From assembly GCA_963804165.1 (NCBI GenBank), contig CAWDPO010000007.1:1-58554 (forward strand): a stretch of 58,554 nt of DNA, read 5' to 3'. Below are positions 44,625 through 57,678 of the stretch, piece after piece. The translations under genes and the position numbers were made by a program. A model generated the notes under the pieces. The model saw only the letters and a list, made by a program, of their open reading frames with translations, did not search any database and was not told the origin of the DNA. This DNA comes from an uncultured delta proteobacterium. GTDB lineage: Bacteria; Desulfobacterota; Binatia; UBA9968. Within the stretch, counting starts at the first letter, position 1; each line of letters begins with the position of its first letter.

Positions 44625-44975
44625 ATGCCGGAACACTATCATGATGAGAATGATTTGAAGTTGATGCGCGATATGCGCAAGCTGGCGCCGGATGACTTTA
44701 ACGCCTGGCTCGGGCTCAATAGTATCATTGGTCGCGATAACGGCGCGATCCCAAAAAAATACCGCGAGCTAATCGCGATCGCGGTGTCCGCCACGACGCA
44801 ATGTCCCTATTGCGTGGAGGCGCACGCGAAGGCGGCGCACGCGGCAGGCGCGACGCGCGAAGAAGTCGTCGAAGCATCGCTGCTTGCCGCGGCGCTCCGC
44901 GCGGGTGGCGCGGCGACGCACGGCGCGATGGCGCTCAAGTTCTTCGATAAGCAGGCCGAGCAGAAAAAAGAATAG
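44625..44975 (+). CDS. Carboxymuconolactone decarboxylase / AhpD-family protein
   Basis: KYRELIAIAVS..TQCPYCVEAH; GATREE. Confidence 0.9.
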   Translation: MPEHYHDENDLKLMRDMRKLAPDDFNAWLGLNSIIGRDNGAIPKKYRELIAIAVSATTQCPYCVEAHAKAAHAAGATREEVVEASLLAAALRAGGAATHGAMALKFFDKQAEQKKE

Positions 44976-45003
44976 GCTCGCTTCCCGCGATCGTTAATCG
45001 ATC

Positions 45004-45463
45004 GTGAATCTCGTACCCAGAACCATTGTCGCCGCCGTCCTCGCCATGCCGCTCTTTTCCTGCGCCGGCACACGGCCCGGCCAACCTGGGGGTTCAGGAC
45101 TCGCGGCTCGCTGCGTGTCCGTCGTCACCGAACTGTGTGTCGAGCGATGACGCGGATATCTCGCACCGTATCGAGGCGTTTCGGCTTGCCGTGCCCGCCG
45201 CCGAAGCATGGCGGGCGGCTCGGTCGACAATTGCAGGCCAGCCGCGAACCAATATCGTCACGGAAAACGACGAATATCTCCATGCCGAGTGCAGCAGTTG
45301 GTTTTTTGGTTTCGTCGATGATCTGGAGCTTCACTTGCGTGCGGCGTCAAACATCATCGCCGTGCGCTCCGCCGCGCGGCTCGGACACAGCGACTTCGGT
45401 GTGAATCGGAAAAGGGTCGATAACCTGCGGGTTGAGTTGATCAAACAGGGCGTGATTCGGTGA
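45004..45463 (+). CDS. DUF1499 family lipoprotein, indel near 5' end
   Basis: LFSC lipobox; CPSSPNCVSS; FGFVDDLE; VRSAARLGHSDFGVNRKR. Confidence 0.88.
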
Positions 45464-45512
45464 GTGCAGCAAGTCGGTCGATTCATGATCGTTCCGGTCG
45501 GGTAAGAAGAGC

Positions 45513-46578
45513 ATGCTGAGTTACGACGTCATCGAATGGGGCAAGCCGCTCGAAAAGGTCGAGCGCGAGACGCCGGAGCCGAAAGGCACGGAAGTGCTCG
45601 TCAAGCTCAAGTTCTGCGGCGTGTGCCACAGCGACGTGCATATCCGCGACGGCTACTTCGATCTCGGCGGCGGCAAGCGGTTGCACATGAGCGAGCGCGG
45701 CATGCGCTTGCCGGCAACGCTCGGCCACGAGCCGTTTGGCACCGTCATCGCTGCCGGGCCGGACGCGACGAGACGTGCCCATCGGTGCAGATCGCCTGGT
45801 TTATCCGTGGACGGGTTGCGGTGATTGCGTGCGCTGCCGTGAAGGTTTGGATAATTATTGCATGGCGCCGCAACATGATCGGCATTCAGCGGCCAGGCGG
45901 CTACGCCGATCACTTGATCGTGCCACACCCGCGCTATTTGATCGACGCGAGCGGCATCGATCCCGTCTGGGCGGCGACACTTTCGTGCTCCGGGCTATCG
46001 ACATATTCCGCCGTATCGAAGTTGAGACCGATTCCCGCCGACGAGTGGGTCGCGGTTGATCGGCGCGGGCGGGCTCGGGTCTGTCAGCGATCGGCATGCT
46101 GCGCGCACTCGGACATGAGAACGTTGTCGCAGTCGATATCGATGCAGAGAAATTGGCGACCGCAGAAACCGCCGGCGCAGCTGCGACGCTCAATAGTCGC
46201 GAGAGCGATGCGGCGGCCAAACTTAAACAGATAACGGATGGCGCGCTTTTCGGCGCGGTCGATTTCGTCGGCAGCGCCGACACGGCGAATCTCGCGCTCG
46301 GCGCGTTGCGCAAAGGCGGCAAATTGATTCTCGTCGGTTTGTTCGGCGGCGAGATTCCGCTATCGATCGCCAGGACGATCCTGCGCGCGATCACGGTTCA
46401 AGGCTCGCATCTCGGCAGCGTGGAAGAATTGAAAGCAGTCGTTGCGCTCGCGCGCGAAGGAAAGATCAAGCCGATCCCGATTCAGACGCGGCCGTTGGCG
46501 GAAGTGAGCCGAACGTTGGACGAGTTGAAGGCGGGGAGTGATTGTGGGGAGGGTCGTGGCTACGGTTTAGCGGAATGA
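45513..46578 (+). CDS. Zinc-dependent alcohol dehydrogenase, split by indels
   Basis: CGVCHSD; LGHE; GCGDCVRC.......C; CSGLSTYSA; GAGGLG. Confidence 0.92.
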
Positions 46579-46686
46579 ATTAGGCGTAGAAATTTGTCCG
46601 GGCGAGCGCCGTCAGAATTCTAGGAATTGCGTGCCGGATTTCGTTCACTTAATCCTGGCGCAAATATTCTCGTAGAAGATTTCGTC

Positions 46687-47915
46687 ATGACTGTAAACGA
46701 CACAAGAACAACACTTCCTGGCTGCTTCATCACCCTCGCCGCGGCGGCGATGCTGATGATCACGATGGGGGCGCGCCAGGCGCAGGGGTTGTTCGTTTTT
46801 CCGATCAGCGGTTCGACCGGGGTGAGTATCGTCACGATTAGCTTCGCCATGGCGGTGGGGCAGTTTATTTGGGGCGCGGTGGCGCCGGTGGCGGGCATGT
46901 CGCGCGATCGCTTCGGCCCGCGCGTGTACTCGTCGGCGGCGTGCTTGTGCTCGCGTTGGGTACGGCGCTGACGCCCTGTTTACCACGTAGCACGGGCCTC
47001 GTGTTTACGATCGGCATACTCACTGCGGTGGGATCGGGCGCTGGAAGTTTTTCGATGTTGATCGGCACGGTGATGCAGCGTTTGCCGCCGGCGCGTCGTG
47101 GCATCGCCGCAGGAATCATCACCGGCAGGCGGTTCCTTCGGTCAATTTGTCTTCGCGCCGATCATGCAGACAATGATTTCACCTGGGGCTGGATGGGCGC
47201 GATGTGGTCCTTGTGCGTCATCGCGCTCGTGGCCTTGCCGTTGGTGCGGCCGATCAGCGGCCCCGTCGGTCGGAGGGCGATGCGGCAAGTACCAAGTGCC
47301 GACGGCGCCGATTGCGCGAGATCGTGAAGCACGCTTTCGGCGATCGCAGTTATCTGTTGCTGCACGGCAGTTTTCTCACTTGCGGCTTTCACATCGCGTT
47401 TCTCGTTACCCATCTTCCGGGGGAAGTGGATCTGTGCGGTTTGCCGGCTTCGGTGGCGAGCTGGTCGCTGGCGATTATCGGTTTGGCGAATATCGCCGGC
47501 AGTTTCACCGCCGGTTGGCTGCTCGATCGCTTTCGCGGCAAGGACGTGCTGTTCTGGATGTACGGCTCGCGCACGATGCTGATTTTACTTTATCTCTTTG
47601 CGCCAAAAACCGAGTGGACTTTTTATCTGATGGCTGATCGGTCTCGGCTTTTCCTGGCTGGGCACGGCGCCGCCGACCGCGGGCGTCGTCGGGAAACTAT
47701 TCGGCACGCGTTACCTCGCGACGCTCTACGGTTTGACCATGTTGTCGCATCAGATCGGCGGTTTCTTCGGCGCCTGGCTAGGCGGACTGGCTTTCGCTTA
47801 CTACGGCAATTATCTGTGGATGTGGTACGCCGATGCCGTGTTCGCGGTGATCGCGGCATTGTTGAATTTACCGATTCGCGAACCGCGCGTCGAGCGGAGC
47901 GCTGTGCCGGCGTAA
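46687..47915 (+). CDS. MFS transporter, split by indels
   Basis: ITMGARQ; DRFGPR; FLTCGFHIAFLVTHLP; SHQIGGFFGAWLGG. Confidence 0.9.
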
Positions 47916-48124
47916 CAGTTCGTCAAGCAGAGATTTAATTTGGTGATCTCTTTCACGGCTTTTAGCTTAGCCTTCCTGGTCAATCGTCAAAATTGGCGGC
48001 ACAACGGACGGTTACATGAGCTGTAACCAACGGTTGCGCCCAATTCCCCACCTCCAATTTTTCCAGGCCTGAGGTTTCAGCGCGAAACCGAGCATTTAGC
48101 CATCGTGCGCCAATAAAACTTGGC

Positions 48125-48140
48125 TGGCACCGGGGTTGCT
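48125..48140 (+). promoter_or_regulatory. Sigma-54-type promoter upstream of GrpB-family gene
   Basis: TGGCAC-CGGGG-TTGCT, consensus match. Confidence 0.65.
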
Positions 48141-48202
48141 CACTCCTCCGCACATGGTCGTTCCGATATTCGCAAGTGATAAAGAATGACAGGTAAATTT
48201 AC

Positions 48203-48823
48203 ATGATGAATTACGATTCGCAGGAGTTGCCGCAACAATTTTCAACGTGGGAGATGTACGAAGTGACCGCTCAAAGAGTGAGCTCGCGCATGACCATCGG
48301 CCTATATGTGCCCACGGTCGTCGAGTATTTGCCTTATAATTCCGTGTCACGCCGGGTCGCGAAGTCGATCGCTGAGGTCATTGTCAGGAACAACGACAAT
48401 TTAACGGTCGAACACATCGGCAGCACAGCGGTGCCCGGCTGCTGGGGAAAAGGGATTATCGACTTGCTCGTGGCGTACGCGCCAGGTTGTCTCAAGTCAG
48501 CGCGAGAAGCTCTCGATTCCTTGGGATTTCAGCGCCAACACGGTCCGGAAGCGTTTCCTGAATCCCGCCCAATGCGAGTTGGCAGCGTCCAGCACTGCGG
48601 GCGGAATTATCGACTGCACGGGCACATCATCGAACAGGGCACCATCGAAGCGCTCAGCCTCGTTCGATTCCGCGATCTACTGCGCGAGAACGCGGAGTTG
48701 AGGCGCGCATACGAAGCGGAAAAACGCGCGATTCTCGCGCGCGGCATCACTCGGGGTAACGAATACTCCAACGCGAAAGGCGATTTCATTCGCTACGTGC
48801 TCGGCGCCCGTAAGTACCAATAA
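48203..48823 (+). CDS. GrpB family (nucleotidyltransferase-like) protein
   Basis: VEHIGSTAVPG..GKGIIDL; FRDLLR; YEAEK; YSNAKGDFI. Confidence 0.88.
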   Translation: MMNYDSQELPQQFSTWEMYEVTAQRVSSRMTIGLYVPTVVEYLPYNSVSRRVAKSIAEVIVRNNDNLTVEHIGSTAVPGCWGKGIIDLLVAYAPGCLKSAREALDSLGFQRQHGPEAFPESRPMRVGSVQHCGRNYRLHGHIIEQGTIEALSLVRFRDLLRENAELRRAYEAEKRAILARGITRGNEYSNAKGDFIRYVLGARKYQ

Positions 48824-49092
48824 CCCACCGAGCGGGTGCCGTTCATCCGACGACAAAGCTCAGGAGGAACGGAGACGGGTTTTAAATTATTGATAGTTTT
48901 TCGTTCGCGTCGAACCTTTTTGAAACGCTTGATTCTTATTTGAACGGCCCTTCAATCGTGGCTGGCTTGACTCCCCGCTTGGCCCATTTTTGGCTCTCCA
49001 CAAAATTGCTCATGATATACACACCCGATAGTGAAACTTGTTTTCGGGTCAAAACGTTTGTGATGCTGCTCGTCTTATGCCTATAAATTACT

Positions 49093-50360
<1,268 letters not shown>

Positions 50361-50407
50361 TGACCACGGCAGCCCAGCGCGGCAGAGCTGCAACCCAATC
50401 GGATTAT

Positions 50408-50518
50408 CTCGCGCAAAGACGCAAAGGACGCAAAGGTCGGAGATTACGTGGAGAAAGTCATTTGTAAGAGTTTTCATCTTCCCCCTCTAAACTTTGCGAC
50501 TTTGCGGCTTGGCGGGAG
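50408..50518. repeat. Tandem 8-9-mer repeats in inverted arrangement
   Basis: cgcaaaga-cgcaaagga-cgcaaagg ... ctttgcga-ctttgcgg-cttggcg. Confidence 0.65.
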
Positions 50519-50698
50519 GAATTTCCGACTCCGAGTACTTTCCGCTTCCAGAACATTTGCATAGGCCGCGAAAATTTTGAACTATACTAACGCGGAGCGC
50601 TACAAATTTAATCAAGCTGATTTCATCCTCCGATGAATCGCCACAAAGCCGCGTGGCGCGTTTGCGCCGATTACTAAATTGAAAGAACTGCAGAATCC

Positions 50699-51127
50699 AT
50701 GAGCAAGTCACTCGATCTCGACGCGTTCGCGCAGGCTGCGGCGGACGCGATCATCGCCGCTGGAGCCGACGGTAAAATCATCTTTTGGAATCCAGCGGCG
50801 CAGCGGATCTTCGGCTTTACGGCCGACGAGGCCGTGGGCCAATCGCTGGACTTGATCATCCCGGAACGTTTTCGGGTTCGGCACTGGGAAGGTTATGGCC
50901 AAGTGATGTCGACGGGAAAGACGAAGTATCAGTCGGACGTGCTCCGCGTTCCGGCTCTGCACCGCGATGGCAAGGCGCTGTCCATTGCTTTTACCGTCTC
51001 ATTGCTCGACACCCCGGACGGTAGCGGTCGTTTGATCGCGGCCATCGTGCGGGACGAGACCGTGCGCTGGGATCAAGAGCGCGAGCTGCGCAAGCGGCTG
51101 GCCGAACTGGAAAAGCAAACGACCTGA
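50699..51127 (+). CDS. Stand-alone PAS domain protein
   Basis: DAII...DGKIIFWNPAAQRIFG...AVGQSLDLIIPERFR..HW.G; AIVRDET. Confidence 0.9.
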   Translation: MSKSLDLDAFAQAAADAIIAAGADGKIIFWNPAAQRIFGFTADEAVGQSLDLIIPERFRVRHWEGYGQVMSTGKTKYQSDVLRVPALHRDGKALSIAFTVSLLDTPDGSGRLIAAIVRDETVRWDQERELRKRLAELEKQTT

Positions 51128-51211
51128 GGACGCCAGCGGCTCATCCGAGCCATGGCGGCGTCATCGATCACCGCGGACCCGGCGTCATACGCTGTCGCCC
51201 AAGCTCCGACT

Positions 51212-52258
51212 CTATTGTGTAAACAGTTTCTTGATTTGAGTGACTACTTCGGGCGGCTGAACCATGACTTCTTTGGCGATGCCCTGCAGTTTTTCGCCGC
51301 TCAACGGCGTAACTTCGATGCGCAGCTTTTTGGCTTCAGCAATCAATTCGGGATCTTTAGCTGACCTTTTCGTAAGCGGCGCGCAGAATGCCAACGCGCT
51401 CGACCGGAGTTGCCGGCGGCGCCATCAACGGCCGCGCCCACTCGCCGCCCTGCAGCATCGCTTCCGCGACTCGGCGCTTCGTCTGCGATGTTTTGAACTC
51501 ATCCATGAGCTCATAGATTGTCGGGGCGTCGGCGACCCGCGGATCGCGCTGTCGCCCGCTCTGGGCGAGGAAGCGGACGAACTTAGTCTTCAGCCAGGTG
51601 AGAAACGGTTCGCGTCCGTAATAAGTGGAAATCGTCAACCCATGCAACGACCTCGCCTCTCTCAACGGCGATCGCAATCTCGCTGCTGCCGGGATAACCG
51701 GTGACATGCTGAATCTGCGCGCCGATGGTTTCTTCCAAAATCTTCGACATGACGTAGTCGGAGCTGCCCACGCCCGTCGACCCGCACTTGGGCGTGATTT
51801 TTTGTCGGACCACCTCGCTCATGGACTTAAACGGCGCGTCGGCGCGGGAAAAGATCATCATGTCGTCGTTTTCCAGCGAGCCGATCCACTGAAATTTCGG
51901 CAAATCGAATTGCACTTCTTTTTGGCCGGAAAGCTGGCTCAAGTAAAAATTGTTGTGCGGCGCGAGAAGGGTCACCCGTCAGGCTTCGCCACGCCCCAGA
52001 CATAGTTGGCCGCAGTGACCGAGCCGGCCCCGGCATGTTCTGGACCACCATGTCGGGATTTCCCGGGATATACTTGCCGATGTGGCGCGCTATCAAACGG
52101 GCGGCGCGGTCATAGCCTCCCCCCGAGCTCAAGCCGACAATGATCCGAATTTGTTTGCTTTTGAAGTACGGCTCTTGGGCGTACAGGTTTGGTCCGGTGC
52201 CCGTTTGTAAAAACGCCAGAATGAGAACGACAGGCAGCAGCGTTTTTCCGATTTTCAT
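51212..52258 (-). CDS. Bug/TctC-family tripartite tricarboxylate transporter binding protein, split by indels
   Basis: IIVGLSSGGGYD; HIGKYIPGNP..VVQNMPG; VTGYPG; AVERGEV; DPELIAEAKK. Confidence 0.88.
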
Positions 52259-52464
52259 GGGCTCCTCCGCTCCGGACGATACCGAAGCGAAGCGATCATA
52301 TTTATTTTTAGGCGTTTTTCAATGGACAAGTGCAGAAAATTTGATTTTTGCCATATGCCTGGTCCATATGGAAGTCACTGATTCCGTCGTTCCATGCCGC
52401 GCGCCTTGACACGTGGCTGGGTAGACGCGATATTTGCACCTGAATTATTTTTTGCGGAGGCAGT

Positions 52465-53343
52465 GTGACGCATCAACCGGGAATTTTAGCGCCCTTGCCG
52501 AAGCTGGCGCGCTATCTAAATTTCTCGCTAAAAGCGGGAATCAAGCCGCGCCAGGCGCTGCTGCGCCTGGTCGAATTGGCCGACGGCGATCAAATCGTGG
52601 TCGGGATCGGCCAGCCAACCGTCATTGCGCTGGGAAAGACCATTGCCGGGTTACGGACGTTTCCGACCCATTTTGGCGCGGGATTGGTGCTGCCGTCGAC
52701 GTCGTCGGCGTTGTGGTGCTGGCTGCGCGGGCATGATCGCGGCGATTTACTGCACCAGTCAAAAAAACTTAGCGAAACCCTGTCGGCGGAATTCAATCTC
52801 GATAGTGTCATCGACAGCTTCAACTACGGGAGCGGGCGCGACCTTACCGGTTACGAAGACGGCACTGAAAATCCTCAAGGAAAGAAAGCCGCGGATGCGG
52901 CGATCGTTGCCGGTCAAGGCGAGGGTTTGAATGGTTCCAGTTTTGCCGCGGTGCAGCTCTGGGTCCACGACTTCAAGGCATTCGACGCGATGTCGAGCGA
53001 AGATCAGGACAACGCGATCGGACGGCGGAAGAGCGACAACAAAGAGTTGGAAAATGCTCCCCCTTCGTCGCACGTGAAGCGCACGGCGCAAGAGAGCTTC
53101 GATCCGGAGGCCTTTGTATTGCGCCGCTCGATGCCTTGGGCTGAAGGCACGCGCGGCGGCTTGAACTTCGTGGCTTTCGGCAAATCGTTCGACGCCTTCG
53201 AAGCCCAGCTGAAACGTATGGTCGACGCCGAAGACGGTATCACCGACGCGCTGTTTAGCTTTACTTTGCCGATTTCCGGCAGTTATCATTGGTGTCCGCC
53301 GATGCGCGGAAAGTCACTCGACTTGCGCGCATTAGGGCTGTAG
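52465..53343 (+). CDS. Dyp-type heme peroxidase
   Basis: RDLTGYEDGTENP (GxxDG); IGRRK; SHVKRTAQE; LRRSMPW. Confidence 0.93.
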   Translation: MTHQPGILAPLPKLARYLNFSLKAGIKPRQALLRLVELADGDQIVVGIGQPTVIALGKTIAGLRTFPTHFGAGLVLPSTSSALWCWLRGHDRGDLLHQSKKLSETLSAEFNLDSVIDSFNYGSGRDLTGYEDGTENPQGKKAADAAIVAGQGEGLNGSSFAAVQLWVHDFKAFDAMSSEDQDNAIGRRKSDNKELENAPPSSHVKRTAQESFDPEAFVLRRSMPWAEGTRGGLNFVAFGKSFDAFEAQLKRMVDAEDGITDALFSFTLPISGSYHWCPPMRGKSLDLRALGL

Positions 53344-53453
53344 CTTTTCCTTGAGCGTCGATCGTCCAATCGGCAAGTTCTGAATCCTTGATGATTTGGT
53401 ACCGCGGCTTGATCTTGATGCGCGTGAGGCGACCGAGCCGCGGCAGAGGAGCC

Positions 53454-54093
53454 ATGATGTACGTCCCTGCACATTTCGAGGAAAAACGCGTCGACGTTCT
53501 CCGTCAGTTAATCCACGAGCGGCCGCTTGCCACACTGGTGACGTTGAACACCGACGGTCTAAACGCGAATCACATTCCGTTTGAGATCGATCCTGAGCCC
53601 GCGCCGTTCGGAACGTTGCGCGGACATGTCGCACGCGCCAACCCCGTGTGGCGCAATTTTTCGCCTACAGTCGAAGTCTGGCGATCTTTCGCGGTCCGCA
53701 AATTTATATCTCGCCGTCGTGGTATCCAACAAAAATGACAGCGGCGAAGTCGTGCCGACGTACAATTATATCGTCGCCCATGCGTACGGTCCGATGAAGA
53801 TAATTCACGATCGAGAGTGGCTACGCGGCTTGGTGACTCGCCTGACAAACCGCTTTGAATCCGACCGCGGCGCCCCGTGGCACGTCACCGACGCGCCGCC
53901 ACCGTTCATTGACAAACAGCTCGGCGCGATTGTCGGCATCGAGATCGCGATCACAAAACTAATCGGCAAATGGAAGGTGAGCCAGAATCGGCCTGCAGCG
54001 GATCGCGAGGGCGTTACGCGCGGGTTGAGCGAATTGACCGATGGCGATAGCCAGGGCATCGCCCGGTGGATCAAAGAAAAATCAGAAACGTAA
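53454..54093 (+). CDS. paiB: FMN-binding PaiB family protein, split by indels
   Basis: MYVPAHF; LATLV; ANHIPF; GHVARANP; VPTYNY; GKWKVSQNR. Confidence 0.85.
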
Positions 54094-54110
54094 TCTCCGC
54101 TGGTATTTCG

Positions 54111-54521
54111 ATGTCGACGGCACCCATTTATTTGCTGATAGGCGCGGTTTTGTTGCTGATGACTTTAGGCCGCGTGGTCTTTCGTTCCGCGCCGAAAGGC
54201 ATCGACTGGGCGTTGGAAGTCGCCTTTATCCGCCTGGATTTTCCGCCGCCACAGCGAGCGGTGGCGCAACAGCTCGCCGCGGGGCTGGCCGAGATCGTCG
54301 GCATGAGAATCAAGCAACTCAAACCTGAGCACAACTTGAGCCAAATCGCCGAATGGGGCGACAATCAGATCTACGCCAAGGATTTGATCACTCTTTTTGT
54401 CGTCGCATTTAACGTGAAGTGCGACGTCAACACCACCTTCCGGGACTTGGTCGAGAAAGTTGCGGTGAAAAGAGCCGAGCGCGACGAATGGGCGGTGGGA
54501 CGAAGCAATAGAGAATTTTGA
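54111..54521 (+). CDS. Membrane-anchored hypothetical protein
   Basis: N-terminal TM IYLLIGAVLLLMTLG followed by a small helical domain. Confidence 0.6.
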   Translation: MSTAPIYLLIGAVLLLMTLGRVVFRSAPKGIDWALEVAFIRLDFPPPQRAVAQQLAAGLAEIVGMRIKQLKPEHNLSQIAEWGDNQIYAKDLITLFVVAFNVKCDVNTTFRDLVEKVAVKRAERDEWAVGRSNREF

Positions 54522-54583
54522 TCCTAAGGCGTGACGGTGATTTTCACCGGGTAGTTTTTCACGTAACATTTTCCAATTGAACT

Positions 54584-55253
54584 GTGATCAAAGCGCTGAT
54601 TTTTGATTTCGACGGCTTGATCCTCGACACCGAGAGTCCCGAGTTTCAGTCATGGCAAGAGGTATTCACGATGTATGGCCATGAGCTGGATCTTCAATCT
54701 GGGCCGACCTGATCGGCCGTCCGCGGGGCTATTTCGACATGTACGCACATTTCAGTGCATTGAACGGACCGTTGACCGATATCGAGAGGCTGCGCGTGGA
54801 ACGGCGCGCCCGTGTGGCTAAATTGGTTCTTGAACAGCCGGTATTGCCCGGTGTGCGCGAGTATCTAGCCGACGCGAAGCGGAGCGGATTGAAGCTGGGT
54901 TTCGCCTCGAGCTCCGCCGGCGATTACGTGCGCGGCCACCTCAAGCGCTTGGAGCTGTTTGATTACTTCCACACGACCAAATGTTACGAGGACACCGCCA
55001 CGCACAAACCTGATCCTGGTCCTTATCGCGCCGTACTCGAGGAGCTGGGTGTCTCGCCGGTTGAAGCGGTAGCGTTCGAAGACTCGCCCAACGGTGTCAC
55101 CGCAGCGCGCGCGGCGGGTATCTGTTGTGTCGCGGTGCCTAATCCTATGACCCAATCGCTGTCGCTGGCGCACGCCGACTTTTGCTTCAAATCGCTGGCG
55201 GAAGCTCATTGCAGCGCCTCTTGTTGCGCGCTGCGAAGACCGATAAAAAGTGA
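54584..55253 (+). CDS. HAD family hydrolase (YhcW/beta-PGM-like), split by indels
   Basis: ALIFDFDGLILDTE; LPGV; ASSS; KPDP; FEDSPNG..AA..AG. Confidence 0.88.
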
Positions 55254-55410
55254 ACCCGTCAGCTGGCATCTGTCGGTGCACCTGATGTTTTCGGCAGCTT
55301 GGATGCCTTATGCTGTCGCTGGGCTTGCGTCGGTTTCGACTCGTTGCCGCCGCTTACGTTGTCGGTAAATTCGGCGGCATAGCGGCGTAGCTCAAGGGAA
55401 GGGAGAATTC

Positions 55411-56412
55411 ATGAGACGCTGGAAGTGCATTTTGATGTCGGCCTTATTCGGATGCGCCTTGTTCGCCGCCATGAGCAACGCTCAAACCCCCGTCGAAAAA
55501 CTCCGCGCTCATCTATAGCGCCATCGGCGGCTCCCAGGCGTCGTTTTGGATTCCTTACGAAGCGGGCATTTTTCGCAAACATGGCCTCGACGTCGAATTG
55601 CTTTATGTCGCCGGCGGCGGTCGTGCCGGACAGGTGGTGCAGTCAGGTGAAGTGCCGATCGGCGTGTTCACCGGCGGCGCGGTCGATCAACGCCAATCTT
55701 GCCGGCGGCGACTTGGTGGTGATCGCCAGTTCGATGAACGTGATGACTTTCGTCGTGATGGCGCGGCCGGAAATCAAGCGCGTCGAAGATCTCAAAGGAA
55801 AAAAGATCGGTGTCTCGCGCTTCGGCTCGGCCACCGATTTCGGCCTGCGCTACGCCGAGGAGAAATGGCCGGTCAAACGCCAGCGCGATTTTGCCGTGAT
55901 GCAATTCGGCGGAGTGACCGATGTTTACAACGCGCTGCGAGCGGGCGCCTTGGACGCCGCGGTAATCAACGCCGAACTGGCAATCCTGGCGCGCCGAGAA
56001 GGTTATCGCGAGCTGGTGGATATCGCCAAGACTGGGCATTAATTTTCCCACTTCGTCGATTATCACGACGCGATCCTTCATCAAGCGCAACGAAAATACG
56101 GTGCGAAAGTTCATCCGGGCTTTTGCCGAGGGCGTTCATTTTGGCAAAACCCAGCGCGCCACCACGATCAAGATCATGCAGAAGTATCTACGCAGCAGCG
56201 ACGCTGCGATGTTCGATGAGCTCTACGAGATGTACATCGTGCGCAATATCCCGCGTATTCCGCGGCCGTCGCCTGAGTCGCTCAAAACGGTGCTGGATCA
56301 AATGGTGGAAACCGACCCGCGCGTCGCCAATCTCAAACCGGAACAATTCATCGACGCGCGATTTTTTCAGGAACTGGACAAGGAAGGGTTTATTCAGAAA
56401 TTGTGGAAGTGA
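55411..56412 (+). CDS. ABC transporter substrate-binding protein, NMT1/TauA-like, split by indels
   Basis: Signal peptide; FRKHGLDVELLY; EDLKGKKIGVSRFGSATD; ELDKEGFIQKLW. Confidence 0.85.
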
Positions 56413-56417
56413 CAAAA

Positions 56418-57027
56418 ATGGTCGACAGTCCAGCGCCAACTCGCCAATAAAAACATTTGCGTGTTCACCGGCTCCAGGCGCGGCGCGTTGACGGCTTACC
56501 GCGACGCGGCCAAGCAACTGGCGGAGGCTCTGGTTGAGCGTGGATTCGGTCTCGTTTACGGCGGCGGCAACGTCGGCCTCATGAATGTGATCGCGGACGC
56601 GGTGTTGGATCTCGGCGGCCATGTCACCGGGGTGATTCCGGATTCGCTGGTCAGCAAAGAAGTCGCGCACCGGGGCCTTTCCGCTTTGCGCGTCGTGCAT
56701 TCGATGCACGAGCGCAAGGCGCTGATGGCGGAGCTGTCCAACGGTTTTGTCGCCTTGCCCGGCGGCATCGGCACCATGGAAGAGTTCTTCGAGGTGCTGA
56801 GCTGGGCTCAACTCGGCCTGCATGAAAAGCCATGCGGGCTGTTGAACGTGGCAGGATACTACGATTCGTTGATTGAATTTCTCGATCGCGCGGTGCAAGA
56901 GGATTTTATCAAGCCGAAGCATCGCGCGTTGCTGCTGGTTGAGAAGGAACCCGCCAAATTGCTCGATCGCTTCGAGGAGTTTCTGCGCGAGCATCCGGCG
57001 ACACGATTTGATTCGCGCCAAACTTAG
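56418..57027 (+). CDS. LOG family nucleoside monophosphate phosphoribohydrolase (TIGR00730)
   Basis: LVYGGGNVGLM; MHERK; PGGIGTMEE; LGLHEKP. Confidence 0.93.
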
Positions 57028-57154
57028 GTGGCAACACAGAAGGCAAAATTTGTTTCGCGCTATCGTTTTGCTGCCGAATTCGCTGACTTTTCCGGCGGAA
57101 TTTCGCTTTTCAACACAGAACTTTTAACAAAGGAGATGGGACACCGCATCACCA

Positions 57155-57676
57155 ATGGATTCGCGACAAGATTCTTCGAAAAAATTTCAGGTTCTGGCGC
57201 CAGCTGAAGTTGAGACGCTGGCGGCCATCGCCGAGCGGATTTTTCCCAAGACCGACACGCCGGGCGCAGTCGAGATCGGCGCGCTGCGCTACATCGATGT
57301 TGCCCTCGGCGGCGAATACTCGGCGCTTGCGCCGCTGTACCGCCAGGGACTGCGATTTATCAATCGCTATGCGCGCGATAAATTCGGCGCGCTATTCGCC
57401 GATCTGCCGGATGAGCAGAAAGACGCTGTGCTCGTCGATTTCGAGGCCGGCGCCGTGCCTAGCTTCAAAAAGGCCGCCGAGTTTTTTGAAACCGTGCGCT
57501 ATCATGTTTTGGAAGGCATTTTCTGCGAGCCGAAATACGGCGGCAATAACGAAATGATCGGTTGGCGCCTGGTTGGCTTTCCGGGACAGCAATTCGGTTA
57601 CGCCGATGCCTACATCGACAAACGGGTCGATCTTGAACCCATCGCCGTCGATGACACTGAGATCGAGGAGAAGTGA
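57155..57676 (+). CDS. Gluconate 2-dehydrogenase subunit 3 family protein
   Basis: ERIFPKTDTPGA; YID; EGIFCEPKYGGN...GWRLVGFPG. Confidence 0.88.
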   Translation: MDSRQDSSKKFQVLAPAEVETLAAIAERIFPKTDTPGAVEIGALRYIDVALGGEYSALAPLYRQGLRFINRYARDKFGALFADLPDEQKDAVLVDFEAGAVPSFKKAAEFFETVRYHVLEGIFCEPKYGGNNEMIGWRLVGFPGQQFGYADAYIDKRVDLEPIAVDDTEIEEK

Positions 57677-57678
57677 GC

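Noticed and set aside
52465-53343. Encapsulin cargo peroxidase system
   Set aside because: The C-terminus (KSLDLRALGL) lacks a linker plus GSLxIGSL-type targeting peptide, and no encapsulin gene is adjacent.
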